Origin: Chloroflexota bacterium
Lineage (GTDB): Bacteria > Chloroflexota > Limnocylindria > Limnocylindrales > CSP1-4
NCBI GenBank assembly: GCA_034667005.1
Contig: JAXDKU010000139.1
Span: 1-63,982 of the forward strand
DNA: 63,982 nt
Reading direction: 5' to 3'
A program made the position numbers and the translations under genes. The notes below the pieces were generated by a model that did no database searches, was not told where the DNA came from, and worked only from the letters and a program-made list of their open reading frames with translations. Below are positions 26,809-33,681 of this stretch, in pieces. The number at the start of each line of letters is the position of its first letter. Position 1 is the stretch's first letter.

Positions 26809-27696
26809 ATGCAGATCGGAACACTGGTCCCGCAGGGCTGGACGGGGGAGTACGACGGCTGGGAGCCGCGCAAGGCCTGGGAGCGGACGATCGCGGTGGC
26901 GCTCCAGGCGGAGCGGCTCGGCTTCGAGTCGATCTGGGTGTACGACCACCTGACGACCACCCCCGATCCGACCGACGAGATCGTGTTCGAGTCGTTCACG
27001 GTGCTCGCGGCCCTGGCGCCCATGACCGACCGCGTCCGCCTCGGCCACCTCGTCATCTGCGCGCCGTTCCGCAACCCCGCCCTGACGGCCAAGATGATCT
27101 CCACGCTCGACGTCATCAGCGGCGGCAGGATGGACCTGGGCATCGGGGCCGGCTGGAAGGAGGACGAGTTCCGCGCCTACGGCTACCCCTTCCCGGACAC
27201 GCCGACGCGCCTGGCCGTGCTGCGCGACCAGCTCGAGGTGCTGACCCGGATGCTGGGCGCCGGGCGCGCCACGTTCGACGGCCCGCACGCCTCGGTCGAC
27301 GGCGCCATCAACATTCCCAAGGGACTCCAGCAGCCCCGCGTGCCGGTCATGGTCGGCGGCAACGGCCCCAACGTCACGTGGCGTCTGGCCGCGAGGCTCG
27401 CCGACGAGCTGAACCTCGACTGGCTCAAGCCGGACGAGGTCCGCGCCGCGCTGCCCGTGATCCGGTCGCGCTGCGAGGAGGTCGGCCGGGATCCCGCGAC
27501 GCTGCGAGTCTCGTTGAACATCGAGCGCGGGTCCATGCCGCCCGGAGCCGAGCGGATCGACCAGCTGGGCGAGTACGGGGAGCTGGGGCTGGTCCGGGTC
27601 ATGCACATGATCCAGGCCGCGGTGAACACCGACGAGGCACTCGAGTCGCTGGCCGAGGACGCGCGGGCGGCCGGGCTGGAGCTGACGCCCGCCTGA
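26809..27696 (+). CDS. Luciferase-like monooxygenase (LLM) class, probably F420-dependent oxidoreductase
   Basis: ATG after GGAGGCTGGGAG. It contains GFESIWVYDHL, FESFTVLAALA, RLGHLV and GGRMDLGIGAGW.EDEF.AYG. Confidence 0.8.
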   Translation: MQIGTLVPQGWTGEYDGWEPRKAWERTIAVALQAERLGFESIWVYDHLTTTPDPTDEIVFESFTVLAALAPMTDRVRLGHLVICAPFRNPALTAKMISTLDVISGGRMDLGIGAGWKEDEFRAYGYPFPDTPTRLAVLRDQLEVLTRMLGAGRATFDGPHASVDGAINIPKGLQQPRVPVMVGGNGPNVTWRLAARLADELNLDWLKPDEVRAALPVIRSRCEEVGRDPATLRVSLNIERGSMPPGAERIDQLGEYGELGLVRVMHMIQAAVNTDEALESLAEDARAAGLELTPA

Positions 27697-27706
27697 CCGC
27701 GGCGGC

Positions 27707-27726
27707 CCTGCCCCGACACGGGCAGG
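27707..27726 (+). terminator. GC-rich hairpin after the LLM gene (possible intrinsic terminator, no U-tract)
   Basis: CCTGCCC-CGACAC-GGGCAGG begins 11 nt after the stop codon. Confidence 0.3.
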
Positions 27727-27800
27727 CCGCTCCGCGGCGATCCGCACAAACGGCTGTTCAGACGCGCCGCGCCGCGCTATTCTCGCCGTCGCGGCAGCCA

Positions 27801-27820
27801 AGATGTCTGTGGACTAGCAT
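27801..27820 (+). promoter_or_regulatory. Possible -10 (TAGCAT) with the adjacent AGATGTCTGTGGAC element upstream of gcvPA
   Basis: It shares AGATGTCTG plus ACTAGCAT with the gldA promoter region. No good -35 is present. Confidence 0.25.
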
Positions 27821-27867
27821 CTCGGCCGCCCAAGGTTCGTGGAACGGTCGCACGCTCGGAGGCTCAG

Positions 27868-29256
27868 ATGGCGAAGCCCGTCTATCCGTACATCCCGAAC
27901 TCGGAGCCGGCGCAGAAGCAGCGACTGCTCGACGGCATCGGGATCGACAGCGTGGAGGACATCTACGCCGAGATTCCTGACCACCTGCGTTTCAAGGGCA
28001 GGATGAACCTGCCCGAGCCGCTGCTCTCCGAGTACGCGATGAAGCGGCACGTGCTCCAGATCCTGGCCAAGAACCGCAACTGCCGCGACAACCTGAACTT
28101 CCTCGGCGGCGGGACGTGGCAGCACCACGTGCCGTCCGTGTGCGACACGATCATCGGTCGCGACGAGTTCCTGTCCGCGTACGTCGGCGACGCCTACTCG
28201 GACCACGGCAAGTTCCAGGCGCTGTTCGAGTACGCCAGCATGATGGGCGAGCTCGTCGGCATGGACGTCGTCGCCACGCCCACCTACGACTGGGCCAACG
28301 CAGCGGCGTTCTGCGCGCGGATGGCGTCGCGCAAGAACGGACGCGCCGAGGTCGTCATGGCGAGCACGACCAGCCCGAGCCGGCTGATGGTGATCGAGAA
28401 CTACCTGAAGCCGCGCATCAGCCTGGTGCAGGTCGCCCACGATCCCGAGACGGGCGCGCTCGACCTCGAGGACCTGCGTTCGAAGGTGTCCGACGCGACG
28501 GCCGCGGTCTACTTCGAAAATCCCTCCTTCCTCGGCTTCATCGAGATGCAGGGGGCCGCCATCGCCGAGATCGCGCACGCGGCGGGCGCCGAGCTGATCG
28601 TCGGCGTCGACCCGTCGTCGCTGGGCGTCCTGAGCGCACCGGCGAGCTATGGCGCCGACTACGTCTGCGGCGACGTCCAGCCCTTCGGAATCCACATGCA
28701 GTGGGGCGCCGGGCTTTCCGGCTTCATGGCGACGCGCGACGAGCCCGACTACGTGGCCGAGTACCCGAACCTCCTGTTCGGCATCACGACCACCACGAAG
28801 GAGGGGGAGTACGGCTTCGGCGAGGTGTTCTACGAGCGGACGTCCTATGCGACCCGCGAGGAGGGCAAGGACTTCGTCGGGACCACGACCGCGCTCTACG
28901 GAATCATCGCCGGCGTGTACCTCGCGTTGATGGGGCCCCAGGGCATGCGCGAGCTCGGCGAGGGGATCATGCAGCGAGCGGCCTACGCGATCGACGTGCT
29001 GGACGACATCCCCGGCGTCCAGACACCGCGCTTCAAGTCTCCCGTGTTCAAGGAGTTCGTCGTCAACTTCGACGGCACGAACCGCTCGGTGCGGGACATC
29101 AACAAGGCGCTCCTGGACCACGGCGTGTTCGGCGGCCACGACCTCAGCCGCGACTTCCCCGAGCTCGGACAGAGCGCGCTCTACTGCGTCACCGAGGTGC
29201 ACACCCAGGCGGACATCGACGCGCTGGCGACGGCGCTCCGTGCGGTGACCGCATGA
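27868..29256 (+). CDS. gcvPA: Glycine dehydrogenase (aminomethyl-transferring) subunit 1
   Basis: ATG after GGAGG. YPYIPNSEPAQKQRLLDGIGIDSVEDIYAEIP and the overall split P-protein alpha layout are present. It is followed by subunit 2. Confidence 0.9.
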   Translation: MAKPVYPYIPNSEPAQKQRLLDGIGIDSVEDIYAEIPDHLRFKGRMNLPEPLLSEYAMKRHVLQILAKNRNCRDNLNFLGGGTWQHHVPSVCDTIIGRDEFLSAYVGDAYSDHGKFQALFEYASMMGELVGMDVVATPTYDWANAAAFCARMASRKNGRAEVVMASTTSPSRLMVIENYLKPRISLVQVAHDPETGALDLEDLRSKVSDATAAVYFENPSFLGFIEMQGAAIAEIAHAAGAELIVGVDPSSLGVLSAPASYGADYVCGDVQPFGIHMQWGAGLSGFMATRDEPDYVAEYPNLLFGITTTTKEGEYGFGEVFYERTSYATREEGKDFVGTTTALYGIIAGVYLALMGPQGMRELGEGIMQRAAYAIDVLDDIPGVQTPRFKSPVFKEFVVNFDGTNRSVRDINKALLDHGVFGGHDLSRDFPELGQSALYCVTEVHTQADIDALATALRAVTA

Positions 29257-29296
29257 GCGCCGGCCTCCACATCACCCTGCGACTCCAGAGGTACGC

Positions 29297-30856
29297 GTGA
29301 TGGCAACCGTCAAGGTCCGGCGCAACTTCCAGCAGGCCCGCTGGGACGAGCCGATCATCTACGACATGTCCGTGCCGGGCGTGCGCGGCATCCTCCCGCC
29401 GCCGGTGGAGCGCGCCGTCGTCGACCGCGTCGGCGACGTCGTTGGAGAGCTCGGAAGCATGCTCCGCAGGGAGCTGCCGAACCTGCCCGAGGTCTCCCAG
29501 AAGCACGTGCTGATGCACTGGATCCACCTCTCCCAGGAGACGATGGGTGCCAACCTCACGAACGACATCAGTGAGGGCACCTGCACGATGAAGTACAACC
29601 CGCGGGTCAACGAGGACCTCGTGGGCGAGCCCGACTTCGCGGACCTCCACCCCCACCAGGACGACGACACCGTCCAGGGCATCCTCCAGATCTACCACGC
29701 CTTCGAGCAGATGCTGAAGGAGGTATCCGGCATGGACCGGTTCACCCTCCAGCCCTCCGGCGGCAACCACGCGGTGTTCACGGCGGCCTCCATCGCGCGG
29801 GCCTACCACGCCGCGCGCGGCGAGGGCGACCAGCGGGACGAGACGATCACCACGATCTTCTCGCACCCCTGTGACGCGGCCGCGCCGGCCACCGCCGGCT
29901 ACAAGATCATCACCCTCCCGCCGGACGAGAACGGCATCCCCGACCTCGACGCGCTGCGGGCCGCGGTCTCCAACCGCACCGCCGCGATCTTCATGACCAA
30001 CCCCGAGGACGTCGGGATCTTCAACCCGCGCGTCGACGAGTTCGTGCGCATCGTGCACGAGGCCGGCGGCCTCGCGTTCTACGACCAGGCGAATGCGAAC
30101 GCGTTCCTCGGCGTGGCACGCGCGAAGGAATCGGGCTTCGACATGTGCCACTTCAACGTCCACAAGACGTTCTCGACGCCGCACGCGTCCGGTGGGCCCG
30201 CCACGGGCGCGTTCGGCTGCATCGAGGCGCTCGCGAAGTACCTTCCGACGCCCACCGTCGAGTTCGACGGGACCCGCTACTTCCTGGACCACGACCGGCC
30301 GGAGACCATCGGCAAGGTCAAGGACTTCTACGGCAACGCGAACAACGTCCTGCGCGCGTACGCGTGGACGATGATGCTCGGCGCGGACGGCCTGCGCGAG
30401 GTCGCGGACATCTCCGTGCTCAACAACAACTACCTCGAGAAGAAGCTGCTCACCGTCCCCGGCCTCACCAGCGCCTACCAGGGCAACGGCATCCGGCGCC
30501 AGGAGCAGGTCCGCTACTCGTGGCAGACGCTCAAGGACGATACGGGCATCGGCACCGACGAGGTGAACCGGCGGCTGATCGACTTCGGCATCGCCAGCTA
30601 CTGGACCAGCCACCACCCGTGGATCATCCCCGAGCCGATGACCCTCGAGCCCTGCGAGACCTACTCCGTCGAGGACCTGGACGAGTACTACGAGGCGCTC
30701 AGCCAGGTATCCGAGGAGAGCTATCGCGACCCCGACTTCGTGAAGGAGGCGCCCTACGCGTCGTCCTCGCATCGCCGCAACGACGAGGCCGCGCTGGACG
30801 ATCCGAAGCGCTGGGCGATGACCTGGCGCGCCTACAAGCGCAAGCAGGAGGTCTGA
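29297..30856 (+). CDS. gcvPB: Glycine dehydrogenase (aminomethyl-transferring) subunit 2
   Basis: Start is GTG 29297 or ATG 29300. It contains EPIIYDMSVPG, GTCTMKYNP and HFNVHKTFSTPH (the PLP lysine region). Confidence 0.9.
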   Translation: MMATVKVRRNFQQARWDEPIIYDMSVPGVRGILPPPVERAVVDRVGDVVGELGSMLRRELPNLPEVSQKHVLMHWIHLSQETMGANLTNDISEGTCTMKYNPRVNEDLVGEPDFADLHPHQDDDTVQGILQIYHAFEQMLKEVSGMDRFTLQPSGGNHAVFTAASIARAYHAARGEGDQRDETITTIFSHPCDAAAPATAGYKIITLPPDENGIPDLDALRAAVSNRTAAIFMTNPEDVGIFNPRVDEFVRIVHEAGGLAFYDQANANAFLGVARAKESGFDMCHFNVHKTFSTPHASGGPATGAFGCIEALAKYLPTPTVEFDGTRYFLDHDRPETIGKVKDFYGNANNVLRAYAWTMMLGADGLREVADISVLNNNYLEKKLLTVPGLTSAYQGNGIRRQEQVRYSWQTLKDDTGIGTDEVNRRLIDFGIASYWTSHHPWIIPEPMTLEPCETYSVEDLDEYYEALSQVSEESYRDPDFVKEAPYASSSHRRNDEAALDDPKRWAMTWRAYKRKQEV

Positions 30857-30911
30857 CGGCGCTGTACCGCCGGATCGCGGCTCACGCGCGAAGGCTCGCG
30901 GTCTAGCGGCC

Positions 30912-32039
30912 GTGGGTCTTCGTTTCGGCCTGATCGTCAATCCGGTCGCGGGCCTCGGGGGGCGCGTCGGCCTCAAAGGCAGCGACGGCGAGGCGCTCCA
31001 GGAGCGAGCCCGGCAGCTGGGGGCGCAGCCGGAGGCGCACGTGCGTGCGGGGCAGGTGCTCCGCGAGCTCGCTCCGCATGCCGCTCGCTTCGAGCTGCTG
31101 ACCTACCCGAGCGAGATGGGCGAGCGTCCGGCGCGGGACGCCGGGCTCATACCGACCGTCATCGGGGCGATCCGCGACGGACACACCACCGGCCGGGACA
31201 CGCAGCGCGCCGCCGCCGAGCTGCGCGATTCCGGCGTGGACCTGCTGCTCTTCGCGGGTGGCGACGGAACGGCACGCGACGTCTGCGACGCGGTCGGCAC
31301 GACCGTCCCCTGCCTGGGCATCCCCGCCGGCGTGAAGATCCACTCCGCCGTCTACGCCATCAGCACGCGCCGCTGTGCCGAGGCCGCGATGCGCGTGCTG
31401 GACGGCCGCGTCCGCTCCTACCGCGAGGCGGAGGTGATGGACATCGACGAGGACGCGGTGCGTGCCGGACGGGTCTCGGCCGCGCTCTACGGCTACCTCA
31501 AGGTGCCCAACGAGAGCGGGCTGGTCCAGAGCCTCAAGTCGGGCGGCCAGACGGGCGAGGAGGCTGCGCTCGCGTCGATCGCGCGGGCCGTCGTGGAGCA
31601 GATGACCGACGACCGCCTCTACATCGTCGGCCCGGGCACGACCCCGCGTGCCGTGATGACGGCGCTCGGCCTGCCCAAGACGCTGCTCGGCGTGGACGTG
31701 GTACGCAACCGGGAGCTCGTGGCGTCAGACGTGAGCGAGCGCCAGCTCCTCGACCTGCTCGGCCGCGAGGGCGCTCCGGGCGCCCAGATCGTCGTGACGG
31801 TGATCGGCGGCCAGGGCTACGTCTTCGGCCGCGGCAACCAGCAGCTGAGCCCTGCCGTGATCCGGGCCGTCGGCACGGATCACATCACGGTCATCGCCGC
31901 GCGCACGAAGCTCGCCGCGCTCGAAGGCCGCCCGCTCCTCGTCGACACGGGCGACCAGCAGCTCGACCGCGAGCTGGCCGGCTACGCCCGCGTGATCATC
32001 GCCAAGGGCGAATCGATGATGGTGAAGCTGGCCCCGTAG
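30912..32039 (+). CDS. ATP-NAD kinase-like family protein (AcoX-like)
   Basis: GTG start. It contains LIVNPVAGLGG, LLLFAGGDGTARDV and GIPAGVKIHS. Confidence 0.7.
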   Translation: MGLRFGLIVNPVAGLGGRVGLKGSDGEALQERARQLGAQPEAHVRAGQVLRELAPHAARFELLTYPSEMGERPARDAGLIPTVIGAIRDGHTTGRDTQRAAAELRDSGVDLLLFAGGDGTARDVCDAVGTTVPCLGIPAGVKIHSAVYAISTRRCAEAAMRVLDGRVRSYREAEVMDIDEDAVRAGRVSAALYGYLKVPNESGLVQSLKSGGQTGEEAALASIARAVVEQMTDDRLYIVGPGTTPRAVMTALGLPKTLLGVDVVRNRELVASDVSERQLLDLLGREGAPGAQIVVTVIGGQGYVFGRGNQQLSPAVIRAVGTDHITVIAARTKLAALEGRPLLVDTGDQQLDRELAGYARVIIAKGESMMVKLAP

Positions 32040-32104
32040 GCCGTAAGTTAGCCGCCGCGCGAGCTCTGGCGTGCGTCGCGTTGGCCATGTCCCGTGGCCG
32101 AGTC

Positions 32105-32244
32105 GGGTGGCCATGCCGCCGCACCCGCGTCGGGGCGGCCATGCCGCCGCACCCCCGTCCGGGTGGCAATACCGCCGCACCCCTGTCCGGGTGGCAATAC
32201 CGCCGCACCCGCGTCGGGGTGGCCATGCCCCGCGACCGCGCGCC
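32105..32244. repeat. Tandem direct repeat, 28-nt unit x 5 (last copy degenerate), no spacers
   Basis: GGGTGGCCATGCCGCCGCACCCGCGTCG begins at 32105. Further copies start at 32133, 32161, 32189 and 32217, with a few substitutions each. Confidence 0.85.
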
Positions 32245-32264
32245 GATTGCCCAATGCGGAAGCG

Positions 32265-32381
32265 GCGCCCCTGCCGCGCCGCTGTAACCGCCGCGAGCGG
32301 TGCCGATGCCGCTCGGCGCTCGCGCCCCTGCCGCGCCCCTGTGACCGCCGCGAGCGGTGCCAATGCCATCGGCGGGGCACC
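32265..32381. repeat. Tandem direct repeat, 57-nt unit x 2, with a dispersed 30-nt exact partial copy at 32650..32679
   Basis: GCGCCCCTGCCGCGCC.CTGT.ACCGCCGCGAGCGGTGCC.ATGCC occurs at 32265 and 32322. GAGCGGTGCCAATGCCATCGGCGGGGCACC is identical at 32352..32381 and 32650..32679. Confidence 0.8.
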
Positions 32382-32910
32382 CGCTGCGTCGCGCCGTGTC
32401 GATGCTGTCGTCACCGGATGCACTTGCGCGGCGATCGCCAGGTACATGTGCTGCTTCGGAGCCGGAATGTCGACGTCATCGACGTTCCGAGCCGCAAGGT
32501 CGCCCAAGTGCCAGCCGCACCGACGCGACCGACCTGGACGGGCCACAGTGGGGCCGACAAAACCGTCGCCTTGACGATGCCATCGACATCGCCGTGAACA
32601 AGGGGGTTCTGGGCGCCCGCACCCGTTGAGGCGTGTCGCCCGCCGGCCGGAGCGGTGCCAATGCCATCGGCGGGGCACCGGTTCTCGCCAAATTCTCGCC
32701 GCGAGGGCCGTACGCCGGACTTGAGCCCCACCCGAGGTCTCGACTCGCGCGCCTGGCAGCTGGTTCGGCAGATTTCACGCTCAGCCGCGCATAGCCGAGG
32801 TCCGGCGCCGACACTCACGTAGCCCTCCAGGCCCAAGAAACCCGCGTAAGGACCGTGCCACGGGAATGTGGCAGAAACCTCGGCCGACGAAGGCCTATCC
32901 AAGGCTCAGA

Positions 32911-32971
32911 GCCCGACTTGCAGCAAATCGGAGGCCTGTTCGAGCTCGGGGCCCGACTTGCAGCAAATCGG
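32911..32971. repeat. Two exact copies of the 21-mer GCCCGACTTGCAGCAAATCGG 40 nt apart, each containing the 17-bp near-palindrome CGACTTGCAGCAAATCG
   Basis: The copies are at 32911..32931 and 32951..32971. TTGC-A-GCAA is a perfect palindromic core. Confidence 0.85.
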
Positions 32972-33133
32972 TGGAACTCAAGGTCGAGATCGACGGCCCC
33001 GGGCGACCCTGACCTCGGCGGGGAGCCACACCGTGGCTCACTTCGGTGGTTTGCGGCCGTTCTGCGGAGAGTTCACCGCGGAGCGCGCCTCAGGGGCGGC
33101 GTCCTGCTCGTTGTCGACGGCCTCAAAACCGCC

Positions 33134-33229
33134 GGGCCGCTCGACCGCTGCGGCGCTGGGCCGCTGGCGCGCTCGGGCGCCGCGCCGCTCGTGCGCCGAC
33201 TCGCTGCTGCGCCGATCCGTTGCGGCGCC
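33134..33229. repeat. Degenerate tandem repeat with 24-nt periodicity x 4
   Basis: The units GGGCCGCTCGACCGCTGCGGCGCT / GGGCCGCTGGCGCGCTCGGGCGCC / GCGCCGCTCGTGCGCCGACTCGCT / GCTGCGCCGATCCGTTGCGGCGCC lie just downstream of the mscL stop. Confidence 0.55.
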
Positions 33230-33282
33230 ACGCCGACGGGCCACGCACCGCGGACCAGCCGCGGGCGCTGCCCGAGCCTGCC

Positions 33283-33681
33283 TCAGATCGCGCTGGCGCA
33301 GGCGCGGCACTTCGAGGCGTCCAGCGCGTTCGGCTCCTTGCAGAACGGGCAGGTCTTGACCTCGACCGGGTCCGGTTCCTTGATCAGCAGCTTGGAGATC
33401 CGCCAGACGATGAAGAGGATCACCACGAACGCGATCACCGCGTTCAGGAAGAGGCCCCAGCGGATCGCGACCTCCGTTGCCGGATCGCCGTTCGTGGCCG
33501 CCTTCAGCACGATTTTCAGCTCTGTGAAGTCCAGCCCGCCGAGGAGCAACCCGATCGGCGGCATGAGGATGTTGTTGACCAGAGAGGTGACGACGGACCC
33601 CAGCGCCGCCCCGATGATCACGCCGATTGCCAGCGCGAGCGCGTTGGACTTGATCAGGAACGCCCGGAACTCACTCGTCAT
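33283..33681 (-). CDS. mscL: Large-conductance mechanosensitive channel MscL with a C-terminal Cys4 zinc-ribbon-like tail
   Basis: Lies in ORF 33283..33711 with start ATG 33681 after GAGGGAGG. EFRAFLIKSNALALAIGVIIGAALGSVVTSLVNNILMPPIG is the MscL TM1 signature. The tail is CPFCKEPNALDASKCRAC. Confidence 0.9.
   Translation of the reverse strand: MTSEFRAFLIKSNALALAIGVIIGAALGSVVTSLVNNILMPPIGLLLGGLDFTELKIVLKAATNGDPATEVAIRWGLFLNAVIAFVVILFIVWRISKLLIKEPDPVEVKTCPFCKEPNALDASKCRACASAI

Noticed and set aside
27697-27867. Glycine riboswitch expected upstream of gcvPA
   Set aside because: I could not find the conserved GGAGAG ... ACCGAAGGGGCAA-type cores, in single or tandem form, in the 170-nt leader. 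Only a terminator-like hairpin of the preceding gene and a TAGCAT element are visible.
32105-32244. Possible CRISPR array, since the 28-nt repeat unit has a CRISPR-like length
   Set aside because: The units are strictly head-to-tail with no spacers. The copies diverge progressively, and no cas genes or leader occur anywhere in the window. This is a minisatellite, not a CRISPR.
31725-32678. 317-aa minus-strand ORF spanning the repeat spacer, including a ...HLGDLAARNVDDVD... stretch that superficially resembles a kinase catalytic loop
   Set aside because: Most of the ORF is a translation of the 28-nt and 57-nt repeats (PPRRGCGG..., MALAPLAAVT...). The kinase-like match is only about 10 residues with no flanking motifs. 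At best it is an unrecognisable pseudogene fragment.
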